Origin: Oscillospiraceae bacterium
GTDB taxonomy: Bacteria; Bacillota; Clostridia; Oscillospirales; Ruminococcaceae
Direction of reading: 5' to 3'
Length of the DNA stretch: 36,840 nt
NCBI GenBank assembly: GCA_049298835.1
Contig: JBAQWI010000170.1
Coordinates: forward strand, 1-36,840
The translations under genes and the position numbers were made by a program. The notes beneath the pieces were generated by a model. The model made no database searches, was not told the DNA's origin, and worked only from the letters and a program-made list of their open reading frames with translations. Below, piece by piece: positions 19,903-29,315 of this stretch (position 1 is the first letter of the stretch; each line of letters begins with the position of its first letter).

Positions 19903-19940
19903 AAAAGGACTTTCACTCAAATTTGAGTGAAAGTCCTTTT
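19903..19940. terminator. Bidirectional intrinsic terminator
   Basis: Perfect palindrome AAAAGGACTTTCACTCAAA/TTTGAGTGAAAGTCCTTTT between convergent genes. Confidence 0.9.
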
Positions 19941-19949
19941 GTATATTTT

Positions 19950-21878
19950 TTATTTAACAATTTTATAGTAAACTCTTGCAGTTAATGCATAGACAATACC
20001 ATAAATTATGCAAAAAACAAGTATCGTTGCAATGGTGCAAATTACAAACAATCCTACATTTGTAAGATTGAGCACCGCCAGTAGTTTTGTCAGCATCTTA
20101 AATGCAAAGGCAATGTGAATAACGGATGTAATAAGTGGAATGAAAAAGACGGTCAACACTTGACTTCTGATTGATTTTTTAACCTCTTCTTTACTCATTC
20201 CCACTTTTTGCATGATATCAAATCTTTCTTTGTCATCATAACCCTCGGACACCTGCTTGTAATAAATTATTAAAACAGTTGCCATTAGAAATAATGCGCC
20301 AAGGAAAAGTCCTAAGAAAAATAAAGTGCCATAAATTGCGTAGAAGGATTCCCTTGATTCCTGCTTACTTTGGACAAAGGTCTTGCCCAACAATTGAACC
20401 TGTTCCTTTGACTCTATTGCAAAGTTGTCTATATTTTCTGAATTACCCTTTATATCAAAATTATAATAATAATCCATATGCTGTATTTCGTTACTGATCA
20501 TCCGATAATTATTAATAATGTCAGCTTCGTTGTTTGCAACAATATAGTAGGAATTCAAAATATTATTTCTATTGTCATCAACAATAGGGAATTTAGATAA
20601 CTTTACCTTAATCTTATATTCTTTATTACCCATTGAAAACGTATTCTTTTCATATTTTTCTCTTGATGAAAACATAAGTATCTCATCGCTTTCCAGTGTC
20701 ATAGATGTATCTGCAAGGCGGTTATATTCATCTAATGTTATAAAACTTAGATCTTGTCTCTCACCTCCGGGTGTTATCTCATGAGATATACTTATTGCAC
20801 GATATTTAAGAATATTCTCAAAGGTAACATTGTATTTGTTGGATTTTTCCTCAAGTAGTTTTTCTATATTCTTCACCTTATCGTCACTTGGATTTATACT
20901 CATAATTGAAAAATCTCTTGAAAAACTTGTTTTTAAAATATCCTCCATACCAATGTACATAGACACTGTGGAAGATAACGTTACAAGTACTGCTGTGCTT
21001 AAAATGCAGATATTTGCAAGACCCACTGCATTTTGTTTCATACGATAAATCATCCCCGAAACGCTGGTGAAATGCTTTGTTTTATAGTAGTATCTTTTGT
21101 TTTTACGCAAAATTTTAAGCAGTGCAATACTACCAGATGTAAATAGACAGTAGGTCCCAATCATAACAAGGATAACCGCAACAAAAAACAAACTTATCGC
21201 TGCAAGAGGTGATTCGATTGTAAGTGCCATATAATATCCGATACCAAGCGTAATGACACCAATAACGGTCATAATCCATTTTGTTTTCGGCTCTTTTTCT
21301 CCATGCTGTCCAGCGTGAAGGAGCTCTATTGGTTTGGCAAGACGAATTTGCAGAAGATTAAATAGTAGTGCAACCAAAAAGATTGATGCAAACAGTATAA
21401 TTGTACTGATAATGGCTTTTATAGAAATAGAAAATGCAAGGGGTACTGAAAAGTTAAGTAGCTTCAACAGTAGCATAAACATCAGCTTGCTAAAAATAAC
21501 ACCACCAATTAATCCAATAATCAAGCTGAAAATTGATGCAAATAATGTTTCCCAAAAAAGCATTTTAGCAATGTGTTTCTTTTCCATTCCAAGGATGTTG
21601 TATAGCCCAAACTCTTTTTTGCGTCGTTTTACCAAAAAGCTATTTGTGTAAAATAAAAAGATTGCTGAAAATATACCAATAACCACCGTACCTAAAGCTA
21701 AAATTGACTTTAAGGCTTCTGAACCCGAAACACCGTCCAGACCTTTGTTATTACCAATGGCACACATCATATAAAACATCATGATAGTTCCAATACAGGT
21801 TAGTAAATAGGGAATATAGGTTTTACTGTTTTTCTTTAAATTGGACAGTGCAAGCTTTGGATAAAAAGCTTTATTCAA
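19950..21878 (-). CDS. BceB-type (FtsX-like) ABC transporter permease, antimicrobial-peptide resistance
   Basis: YTNSFLVKRRKKEFGLYNILGM, 10-TM layout with large extracellular loop, IIYYKQVSEG; TTG start at 21878 after GGAGGTG. Confidence 0.9.
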   Translation of the reverse strand: MNKAFYPKLALSNLKKNSKTYIPYLLTCIGTIMMFYMMCAIGNNKGLDGVSGSEALKSILALGTVVIGIFSAIFLFYTNSFLVKRRKKEFGLYNILGMEKKHIAKMLFWETLFASIFSLIIGLIGGVIFSKLMFMLLLKLLNFSVPLAFSISIKAIISTIILFASIFLVALLFNLLQIRLAKPIELLHAGQHGEKEPKTKWIMTVIGVITLGIGYYMALTIESPLAAISLFFVAVILVMIGTYCLFTSGSIALLKILRKNKRYYYKTKHFTSVSGMIYRMKQNAVGLANICILSTAVLVTLSSTVSMYIGMEDILKTSFSRDFSIMSINPSDDKVKNIEKLLEEKSNKYNVTFENILKYRAISISHEITPGGERQDLSFITLDEYNRLADTSMTLESDEILMFSSREKYEKNTFSMGNKEYKIKVKLSKFPIVDDNRNNILNSYYIVANNEADIINNYRMISNEIQHMDYYYNFDIKGNSENIDNFAIESKEQVQLLGKTFVQSKQESRESFYAIYGTLFFLGLFLGALFLMATVLIIYYKQVSEGYDDKERFDIMQKVGMSKEEVKKSIRSQVLTVFFIPLITSVIHIAFAFKMLTKLLAVLNLTNVGLFVICTIATILVFCIIYGIVYALTARVYYKIVK

Positions 21879-22638
21879 ACTTCTCACCTCCGTTTGAAAG
21901 CAGAGTTAGTGTATCTGATATTTTTTGGTACATCTCTTCGTTTGACATATTGCCTTTATATAGCTGATGAAATACTTCACCATCCTTAATAAATAGCACT
22001 CTCCCTGCATGGCTTGCGGCTCTTACACTATGGGTAACCATCAAAATTGTCTGCCCATCTCCATTGATTTCTGAAAACAGCTTAAGCAAATGATCTGTAG
22101 CTTTGGAATCTAATGCGCCAGTTGGTTCATCTGCAAGCACAAGTTTTGGACTTGTAATGAGAGCTCTTGCCACTGCAGCACGTTGCTTTTGTCCACCTGA
22201 CACCTCGTAAGGATATTTTTCTAAAATATTTTGAATACCAAGTTTTTTTGCAATAGGCGCAAGCCTTGTTTCCATCTCTTTATGGTCTTTACCAGACAAA
22301 ACAAGGGGTAAAAAGATATTGTCTTTAATACAAAAAGTATCCAAAAGATTAAAATCTTGAAACACAAAGCCAAGATTATTTCGGCGAAACTTTGAAATTT
22401 CACTTTCCTTTATTGATACAATGTTTGTGCTACTAAGTAACACCTCGCCACTTGTAGGTCTATCAAGGGAAGCTAAAATATTGAGTAGCGTGGTCTTTCC
22501 AGATCCTGATTCACCCATAATTGCAACATATTCGCCCTCCTCAACAGAAAAGGATACATTGCTAAGTGCCTGCACTTGATTACCACTAAATCTGGTAGTA
22601 TAGATTTTTTTTAAGTTTTTTACATCTAATAACGGCAT
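21871..22638 (-). CDS. BceA-type ABC transporter ATP-binding protein
   Basis: Walker A GESGSGKT, signature VSGGQKQR, Walker B LADEPTGALD; start ATG 22638 after GGAGG. Confidence 0.93.
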   Translation of the reverse strand: MPLLDVKNLKKIYTTRFSGNQVQALSNVSFSVEEGEYVAIMGESGSGKTTLLNILASLDRPTSGEVLLSSTNIVSIKESEISKFRRNNLGFVFQDFNLLDTFCIKDNIFLPLVLSGKDHKEMETRLAPIAKKLGIQNILEKYPYEVSGGQKQRAAVARALITSPKLVLADEPTGALDSKATDHLLKLFSEINGDGQTILMVTHSVRAASHAGRVLFIKDGEVFHQLYKGNMSNEEMYQKISDTLTLLSNGGEKFE

Positions 22639-22708
22639 GTCATTTCCTCCAACTTTCATATTATTCTTTAAGTATAATGAATAAAGAAATAGACCACCAT
22701 AGCTTTAG

Positions 22709-22747
22709 CTTACATTTCTTTAATTAACCTTACACTTTTGTAAGGTT
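22709..22747. promoter_or_regulatory. BceR/GraR-type response regulator binding site upstream of the ABC transporter
   Basis: Perfect inverted repeat AACCTTACA-CTTT-TGTAAGGTT (22726-22747) fits the TNACA-N4-TGTAA consensus of Bce-like modules; secondary half-site CTTACA at 22709-22714, 20 bp toward the gene. Confidence 0.8.
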
Positions 22748-22751
22748 GTCA

Positions 22752-23765
22752 TTATTCTATGAAAGTTTTTTGGCAAGATAGGTTAAGTTTTACCTTTGTA
22801 CCACAGTCAGACTCTGAAATTATAGCAATTTTATGGGATAGCTTATTCACTATTTGATGACAGAGATACAGCCCAATTCCAGTCGACTTTTTATCCATTC
22901 GTCCGTTATATCCTGTAAATCCCTTTTCAAACACGCGTGGCAAATCCTCAGCCCCAATACCGATTCCAGTATCTTCAATAACAAGTATTTTTTGGGATGC
23001 GTTATCCATATAGATGGATATAATGCCTGTTGGAGTATATTTGAGCGCATTAGAAAGAATTTGTTCAATGACAAATTGTAGCCACTTTTCATCTGTTAAA
23101 ACCTTGCAATCCATTTGGGTAAATTCTAATTTTATTTTCTTATGAATGAAAAGCGGAGCGTATTTCTTAATAGCCTGCTTTACAATATCGGAAAGGCTGT
23201 ACTCGGCAAGCATTAAATCAGAGGATAACGATTCTAAACGTAGATATTGCAAAACTAGTTCTACATATCGCTCAATTTTAAATAACTCTTGTAAAAGTTT
23301 TGCATTTTGCTCTGTTTCATCCTCTTGCAACAACAAACTTATGGCGGCAATTGGTGTTTTAATTTGATGTGCCCATAAAGTATAATAGTCAATCATATTG
23401 GTGCGACTACTGTCTGATAAAGATACAAGCTCTACTTTATTGTCATATAGTTTGTGTAGTAAATTTTGATAATCTTTTTCAATGAGTTTGTTTGTATCGG
23501 GAAGCTTATCTAGTCCTATTGTAATTCCACCTAACAACTCATATAGTTGTTTGTGCTTTTTGTAAAATTGCCAAAAATCATAAATAGAAAATATAAATAT
23601 TAAAGTTCCACAGAGTAGCGTGGCATAATAAATAGCATCAGGAGGCAAGGCGTTGAGATAAAATACTACAGTAAAAACAAAGACACATAGCAAAAATCCC
23701 AGAAATACTTTAATATGATCTTTTATATAGGAGGCAAATAACCTCCAAAAAGAAGTTGCTTTCAT
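22752..23765 (-). CDS. BceS-type intramembrane-sensing histidine kinase
   Basis: Two close N-terminal TM helices, WAHQIKTP H-box, QILSNALKY, EDTGIGI, FEKGFTG, STGIGLY; start moved to ATG 23765. Confidence 0.92.
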   Translation of the reverse strand: MKATSFWRLFASYIKDHIKVFLGFLLCVFVFTVVFYLNALPPDAIYYATLLCGTLIFIFSIYDFWQFYKKHKQLYELLGGITIGLDKLPDTNKLIEKDYQNLLHKLYDNKVELVSLSDSSRTNMIDYYTLWAHQIKTPIAAISLLLQEDETEQNAKLLQELFKIERYVELVLQYLRLESLSSDLMLAEYSLSDIVKQAIKKYAPLFIHKKIKLEFTQMDCKVLTDEKWLQFVIEQILSNALKYTPTGIISIYMDNASQKILVIEDTGIGIGAEDLPRVFEKGFTGYNGRMDKKSTGIGLYLCHQIVNKLSHKIAIISESDCGTKVKLNLSCQKTFIE

Positions 23766-23766
23766 A

Positions 23767-24450
23767 TTACTCCACCATATATCCAATCCCTTTTTTAGTT
23801 GTAATAAAGTCGTGAAGTTCTGCATCCTCTAACTTTTTTCGAAGTCTTGTCATATTAACTGTCAAGGTGTTGTCATCAATAAAGCTATCGCTTTCCCAAA
23901 GCCTTGTCATTATAGCCTCACGAGATACTACTTTTTCACAGTTTTCGAGTAAAATTTGTATTATTTTAAACTCGTTTTTAGTGAGTTCAACTTTTTTGTC
24001 CTTGTAGGTTAGCATTGTATCGCTTAAATTTAGCATCATACCTTTATGTTCAATTACATTCATTTGTCCACTAAAAGAATAGGTTCTTCTCATAAGCGCC
24101 TGAATCTTGGCGGCAACAACATTTAGGTCAAAAGGTTTGGCAATAAAATCATCTCCACCCATATTGACAGCCATAACAATATTTATATTGTCACTGGCAG
24201 ATGAAATGAATATGATTGGAACGTTTGAAAGTTTACGAATTTCATTGCACCAATGGTACCCGTTGAAAAAGGGTAGGGAAATATCTAAAAGCACAAGCTG
24301 TGGGTTATACTGGATAACCTGTGTAAGCACTTTCTTGAAATCGGTCACATATTGGACCTCAAAGTTCCATTTGCTAAGGTGCTTTGCAAGTGAGGTAGCA
24401 ATCACCAAATCATCCTCAATAATTAAAATCTTATACATTTTGATCTCCAA
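23767..24450 (-). CDS. BceR-type OmpR-family response regulator
   Basis: ILIIEDD, LLDISLP, GGDDFIAKPF, DDNTLTVNMTRLRKKL; start may be ATG 24438. Confidence 0.93.
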   Translation of the reverse strand: MEIKMYKILIIEDDLVIATSLAKHLSKWNFEVQYVTDFKKVLTQVIQYNPQLVLLDISLPFFNGYHWCNEIRKLSNVPIIFISSASDNINIVMAVNMGGDDFIAKPFDLNVVAAKIQALMRRTYSFSGQMNVIEHKGMMLNLSDTMLTYKDKKVELTKNEFKIIQILLENCEKVVSREAIMTRLWESDSFIDDNTLTVNMTRLRKKLEDAELHDFITTKKGIGYMVE

Positions 24451-24554
24451 TCATTTTTAAATATAGAATACATCGCCCCAAAGCAAAACGGTTTCTATAC
24501 TTAGATATAATTATATCGTTTAATTGTTGCTTTTGCAATATTAATGCTGTAGAC

Positions 24555-24593
24555 AAAAAAACTCCACTTTAGTTTAATTCTAAAGTGGAGTTT
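24555..24593 (-). terminator. Intrinsic terminator of the flavin reductase-rubredoxin gene
   Basis: AAACTCCACTTTAG-N7-CTAAAGTGGAGTTT hairpin with 7-T run on the minus strand. Confidence 0.8.
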
Positions 24594-24620
24594 ATGTTTT
24601 TAATCTAAATTAATGTGAAT

Positions 24621-25247
24621 TTATATCTTTACAAAAACGTTTTTTGGTTTTTTACATACTGGACAAATATAGTCATCTGGAAGTTCCTCGAAAGGAATTT
24701 CACCGTCATAAATATAATGACACACTGTACATTGCCAAGTATCCCTTTTTTCACCTGAATCGGTATTCGGCTTATAAGTTCCAGCCTTCATTGCACGGTA
24801 TTCATTGTAAGTGATAGGCTTGTCCTCAGATAAAACTGCAGCATCAACCAAATCTGCAATGAAAAGATAGTGTGTGCCTAAATCAATGGTATCTGTAACC
24901 TTACCACAAAGGGAAGCAATACAACCATTTGCGAATAATGGGTTGCCTAGAATATCGTCTGAGCAATCATATCCTACAATCTTGTCAACATCACGGCCAC
25001 TTAGTTGACCAAAATGAGCAACGTCATCTAGGTTAACTTTTTCACCTATAATACCAACGCTAAATTTTTTTGATTCTTTAATTAACTCAGCAGTAAGATT
25101 ACTTTTAAGAACAGTAACACTTAGTTTTAGAGGTTCTTGGGTAACCTGAGCCACTGTATTTACTACACATATGTTTTTTTGGCCATTTAGTTCAGTACCT
25201 ATAAAAAACACACCATAAGATAGTTTGAAAACCGCAGAATCGTCCAT
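24621..25247 (-). CDS. Flavin reductase-rubredoxin fusion (high-molecular-weight rubredoxin-like)
   Basis: KLSYGVF, NTVAQVT, HFGQLSGRDVDK, GTHYLFIA; C-terminal WQCTVCHYIYDG...LPDDYICPVC; start ATG 25247 after GGAGG. Confidence 0.9.
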   Translation of the reverse strand: MDDSAVFKLSYGVFFIGTELNGQKNICVVNTVAQVTQEPLKLSVTVLKSNLTAELIKESKKFSVGIIGEKVNLDDVAHFGQLSGRDVDKIVGYDCSDDILGNPLFANGCIASLCGKVTDTIDLGTHYLFIADLVDAAVLSEDKPITYNEYRAMKAGTYKPNTDSGEKRDTWQCTVCHYIYDGEIPFEELPDDYICPVCKKPKNVFVKI

Positions 25248-25321
25248 GAAATTAACCTCCATAAATATACAATATTAGTATGACTTTATTTTAACACAAC
25301 ATCCTTTGAAAATCTATAGTT

Positions 25322-25350
25322 GTATTAATAAATTTTATTTTGCATATATT
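25322..25350 (+). promoter_or_regulatory. Possible sigma-E-type sporulation promoter of the spoVB-like gene
   Basis: CATATATT -10-like box (25343-25350) with AT-rich -35 region; spoVB is sigma-E dependent in Bacillus. Weak match in AT-rich DNA. Confidence 0.35.
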
Positions 25351-25385
25351 TTGAAAGAGATTAGGTGAATAATGGAGGATGAATA

Positions 25386-26903
25386 ATGCCGCTGCTAAAA
25401 AAAAGACGATTTATACATAATGCACTAATGCTCACAATAATTACTCTGTTGCTTAGGGGCATAGGCACATGGTTTATGATATACATATCCAATCAAATAG
25501 GTTCAGAGGGAATAGGGTTGTACCAACTTACGTCCTCAATCTATCTGCTTGCAGTGACTCTTGCTACTTCGGGTATCACGGTAGCAGTTATAAGGGTTGT
25601 TTCGGAGCAGTTTGCGCTAAATAATACAGTTTCTGCAAAAAAAGCATTCAAGATTTGCTTTGATATCAGTCTTGTATTAGGCTTGCTCTCTTGTGCAATA
25701 TTATATGTAAACGCAGAGTTTATCGGGAATACACTGCTAGGTGATAAAAGAACAATTCTGTCGCTAAAGTATCTAGCAATTGGCTTGCCATTTTTAAGCA
25801 CATCATCAGTAATTCGTGGTTATTTTTTAGGAATGTCTAGACCAATCAAGTCCGTAAGTACCGATATAGTTGAACAAATGTCTATGATAATTGTAACTGT
25901 TCCTATTTTAACAATTTGCTTACCAAAAGGGCTAGAGTATGCATGTTGTGGATTGGTACTAGGATCAACCTTCTCCGAAATTATTTCCTGTTTGTATGCA
26001 TTGGTTTTATATATGTGTGAGAAGAATAAGATGACAGGCATAGAATGCAAGGGAATTTGCCATAAAATATTTTCTATTGCAGCCCCAATTGCAATTAGTA
26101 ATTACATTCGTTCAATTTTAATATCCCTTGAAAATATTCTTATTCCGGTAGGACTGAAACAATATGGCGCAACTGCTGGGGAGGCACTGTCCAACTACGG
26201 AATGATAAAGGGAATGGCAATGCCAATATTGTTTTTTCCATCAGCAATTTTATCTGCATTTTCAAGTTTGCTTGTTCCTGAGGTATCAAGGGCAAATGCA
26301 ATAAATGCAAAAATGAGAATAGACTTTATTGTAAATAAGTGCTTTAAGGTTACAATAATGTTTTCAATATTAATTGCAGGAATTTTCATCTGTTATTCAA
26401 CTGAGATATCAGTTCTTTTTTATGGAAGTAAAAAGGTAGGGACAATACTGCTAATTTTAGCACCACTTGTACCGTTAATGTACCTCGATCAGATAGTAGA
26501 TAGCATATTAAAGGGGCTAAATCAACAACTAAGCTCAATGAAATATAACACAATAGACTCGTTTATTCGTGTAATAATTATATACTCACTTGTTCCTATC
26601 TTAGGTATAAAAGGATATATTATAATGCTTTATGTAGGGACAATTTTCAATGCATCACTAAGCATAAATAGGCTTATCGTGGTTAGTGAAGTCAGATTTA
26701 GACTTTATGAATGGGTAATGCTACCTGTGATTTCTATTGTAATCTCTTGCTTATTTACAAGAGTATTGTTTATTTGCCCTGTAGTATTCTGTGTTCTTGC
26801 TGTGACCTTAATTTATATATTATTACTATTTATTTTCCAGTGTATTACAAAACGTGATATACGTTGGATGAAACAGGTATTTGCTAGGAGTAATATTAAA
26901 TAA
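25386..26903 (+). CDS. spoVB: SpoVB-like MOP/MurJ-superfamily flippase (stage V sporulation protein B)
   Basis: IGSEGIGLYQL, LATSGI, LLGDKRT, RGYFLG, GMAMPILFFPS, LLVPEVS, SILKGL; about 14 TM segments; GGAGG RBS. Confidence 0.75.
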   Translation: MPLLKKRRFIHNALMLTIITLLLRGIGTWFMIYISNQIGSEGIGLYQLTSSIYLLAVTLATSGITVAVIRVVSEQFALNNTVSAKKAFKICFDISLVLGLLSCAILYVNAEFIGNTLLGDKRTILSLKYLAIGLPFLSTSSVIRGYFLGMSRPIKSVSTDIVEQMSMIIVTVPILTICLPKGLEYACCGLVLGSTFSEIISCLYALVLYMCEKNKMTGIECKGICHKIFSIAAPIAISNYIRSILISLENILIPVGLKQYGATAGEALSNYGMIKGMAMPILFFPSAILSAFSSLLVPEVSRANAINAKMRIDFIVNKCFKVTIMFSILIAGIFICYSTEISVLFYGSKKVGTILLILAPLVPLMYLDQIVDSILKGLNQQLSSMKYNTIDSFIRVIIIYSLVPILGIKGYIIMLYVGTIFNASLSINRLIVVSEVRFRLYEWVMLPVISIVISCLFTRVLFICPVVFCVLAVTLIYILLLFIFQCITKRDIRWMKQVFARSNIK

Positions 26904-26914
26904 TACTTTGGTTT
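26890..26914 (+). repeat. Left copy of 25-bp target-site duplication of the IS
   Basis: GTAATATTAAATAATACTTTGGTTT; matches 27992-28016 at 24/25 positions; contains the spoVB stop codon. Confidence 0.85.
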
Positions 26915-26952
26915 TGTTGTAATACAATTGATGGGTGACAGATAAAAAGAAA

Positions 26953-27018
26953 GGGACAGCTCCAATATGATATAATGTTGATAACTACAACAACGTTAAT
27001 TAAAAAAGGAGCTGTCCC
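26953..27018 (+). promoter_or_regulatory. Transposase promoter and RBS-sequestering inverted repeat
   Basis: GGGACAGCTCC (26953-26963) is the exact complement of GGAGCTGTCCC (27008-27018, the RBS); extended -10 TGATATAAT (26968-26976) lies between the arms. Confidence 0.7.
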
Positions 27019-27019
27019 A

Positions 27020-27939
27020 ATGAACATTGTAACATCAGAAGCACACTTTCGTCAACGAGTAATTAGATATTCTCAAAAACATGGAGTAACAGCAGCAAGT
27101 ATAAGGCATCATAGAAGCCGACAGGCTATCTATGAATGGAAAGTTAAATTAAATTTGATGGACACTGGAAGAGCCTAATAGATAAAAGCCATAAACCACA
27201 TAGTCACCCCAAACAGCACACCGAAGAAGAAAAAGAAATGATTTTAAGATGCTATCCACGCTATAAAGACGATATAATTTTACTATGGGATTCATTGCGT
27301 AAAAGTGGATATAAACGTAGCTATTACAGCCTTGTACGAGTAATAAACAAGTGGTTAAAACCTGAACAAAAGAAGAAATCACCACGAAAACTAATGCCAT
27401 ATGAACGAGTTACATACCCAGGACAAAAGGTGCAGATTGATGTAAAATTTGTACCAAGCTACTGTGCGCCAAACGGACACAAATACTATCAATACACAGC
27501 AATAGATGAATGCACAAGGCTTGTTTACAAAGGACTTTACGATGAACACAGCACATACAGCTCTGCTGATTTTTTTAAGAAGCTAGTAGTTACATTTCCT
27601 TTTGCAATTAGAGAAATTCAAACTGATAATGGTTCAGAGTTCACCAACGCTTTGCTGGTAAAAACAAGCGCGCATCAGAGTTTATTTGAACAGGCTTTGG
27701 ATGATATGAACATTCTCTATCACCGTATCAGAGTGGCAACACCACGCCATAATGGCAAGGTTGAACGTCAACACCGAACAGATGAAAAACGGTTTTACAA
27801 GAAAATGAAAATGTATAATCTTGAGGATGGCCGCAAACAATTACAAAAATACAACCAAAAGTCAAACAATATCCCAAAGATATGCTTGAATTTTCGCACA
27901 CCAAATGAAGTTTTGACAGATTATTTATCTGTCATGTAA
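27020..27939 (+). pseudogene. Frameshifted DDE (rve integrase-core) transposase
   Basis: HTH part 27020-27178 and DDE part (VQIDVKFV, IQTDNGSEF, NGKVERQHR) are in different frames; removing one TTAAA of the tandem at 27144-27153 restores a 304-aa ORF (...WKVKFDGHWKSLIDKSHKPH...). Confidence 0.8.
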
Positions 27940-27991
27940 ACAGCGCTATATTTTTTGGGAGCAACTGTCACCTATTATTGTATTTTCTACA

Positions 27992-28016
27992 GTAATATTA
28001 AATAATACTTTGTTTT
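27992..28016 (+). repeat. Right copy of 25-bp target-site duplication of the IS
   Basis: GTAATATTAAATAATACTTTGTTTT. Confidence 0.85.
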
Positions 28017-28020
28017 AGAC

Positions 28021-28049
28021 TTGACACTACAGCCCGAAATTGCTATAAT
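28021..28049 (+). promoter_or_regulatory. Consensus sigma-A promoter of tRNA-Leu
   Basis: TTGACA-17 bp-TATAAT, 16 bp upstream of the tRNA. Confidence 0.9.
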
Positions 28050-28065
28050 ATTATAACAATTAAAT

Positions 28066-28151
28066 GCGAGGGTGGCGGAACGGCAGACGCGCTAGCTTGA
28101 GGTGCTAGTGTTAGCAATGACATGGGGGTTCAAGTCCCCTCTCTCGCACCA
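28066..28151 (+). tRNA. tRNA-Leu (anticodon GAG)
   Basis: Acceptor GCGAGGG/CTCTCGC, D-arm TGGCGGAACGGCAGACGC, anticodon arm CTAGC-TTGAGGT-GCTAG, long variable arm, GGGGG-TTCAAGT-CCCCT T-arm, ACCA end; 86 nt. Confidence 0.95.
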
Positions 28152-28873
28152 ATTGTATCCCTACTTTTTAAGTCAAGGCCTAAAGGGTTGAGGATAACTT
28201 CATATTCGTTGTTTTCAAAGCAAATAACCTTTTCAACGAAAATACTAATTAACATTTTATCGCTATCGGAATGAGTCAGTGCATATTTTAGAACTGATTT
28301 TATTTCTGATAGCGATTTTGTTGTCTCTACCTTTTTCTTACTCAAGTCAGCAAGTCTCATAAACAACTGCACTTGTTGCTCTTCTAGTTCTTTAAGCTTT
28401 GATATTGTGGATGAAGAGTATATTCCCTCGGCAATAGCGTTGTTGATGTTCTCAATCTTAGTCTCCACTCTGCTTAATTCAACTTTAATGGTTTTGCGTA
28501 GGGGAGAGATACTATCATTTATGCCATGCATAGATTGATATAATTTATCTGCAACATTATTAATCTCATTAGCTTGAAGTAGTGCTCTGATCTTTCTTGT
28601 AATATCAGCTTCAATAAGATCTTTACGGACAGCTTTAGAGTCGCAGTTCTTAAGTCTTTTTTTATTGGAGCAATCGTAGTAATAATAAATTTGTTTTCTT
28701 CTATTTCCGCACATAGCACCACCACAGCAACCGCAGAAGATTTTACCACTAAGGCAATAATCGGTGGTAGCTTTATTTACAGCTTTTCTAGTATTGTCAT
28801 GTAATCTAACTTGCACTTTACTCCACACCTCTTTACTAATAATTATAGGGACAACGTTTTCTATTCTTGTTAC
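28130..28873 (-). pseudogene. Large serine recombinase (integrase), C-terminal half only
   Basis: VTRIENVVPIIISKEVWSKVQ (end of recombinase domain), YCLSGKIFCGCCGGAMCG...YYDC...C zinc ribbon, coiled coil with AIAEG; no N-terminal catalytic resolvase domain; ORF runs through attL into the tRNA antisense strand. Confidence 0.85.
28140..28157 (+). repeat. attL direct repeat (tRNA-Leu 3' end)
   Basis: TCTCTCGCACCAATTGTA, identical to 36427-36444. Confidence 0.92.
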
Positions 28874-29315
28874 AAATGGAATTGTGCCTGAGATAAGACA
28901 ATCGACAACTGGAGTAATTGTTCCGACAACTCAGCTTGGGACGTCATTGTGTGCAACCGTTGCACAGGGGCTTAAAATTACTATCAACAATGGACTAGCT
29001 TTTATTGACGGTGCTTATTTCTTTATATATGAGCCTGAAACAATTACTTTACAGGCTGGGTGGGTTAACGATATCGTGCTAAGGCTTGATGTAACTGGTT
29101 CGGATATTGTGTTTGGTATATTCAATAAGCAGCGGTCTGCAAACACTATTGAGGCAGGGCTTACAAGGCAGGGTGGTATCTATGAGCTTGGATTGCACAG
29201 TGTTACTATTCCAGCAAATACGGATCAAGTCACTGCTGCTATGATAAGTGACTATAGACTAAATATGGGGCTTGGTGTTGATGGTAAACCTTGTTGCGGT
29301 ATTGTTGGCAGTTTG
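28869..29315 (+). pseudogene. Fragment of a siphophage tail/baseplate-associated structural protein
   Basis: VTNGIVP...GLKITINNGLAFIDG...DIVLRLD...LTRQGGIYELGL...ISDYRLN...CCGIV resembles the N-terminal domain of Firmicute phage tail-region proteins; no start or RBS of its own; boundaries approximate. Confidence 0.6.

Larger units (their letters stand above)
26915..27991 (+). mobile_element. IS481-like insertion sequence, 1077 bp
   Basis: TGT...ACA ends; imperfect 27-bp terminal inverted repeats TGTTGTAATACAATTGATGGGTGACAG / revcomp TGTAGAAAATACAATAATAGGTGACAG; flanked by 25-bp direct repeat; encloses a DDE transposase. Confidence 0.85.

Noticed and set aside
19950..24450. BceRS-BceAB-type module as a novel system
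   Set aside because: Canonical gene order and operator; widespread in Firmicutes.
28130..28828. 232-aa recombinase ORF as a functional integrase or dedicated directionality factor
   Set aside because: Recombinase-like sequence continues upstream of the GTG to about 28873 and then breaks off at the junction with phage structural DNA; the catalytic domain is absent, so it is a deletion remnant.
28764..28868. Start of the 313-aa ORF at 28764
   Set aside because: This stretch is the antisense of the recombinase remnant and has no RBS; not a real N-terminus.
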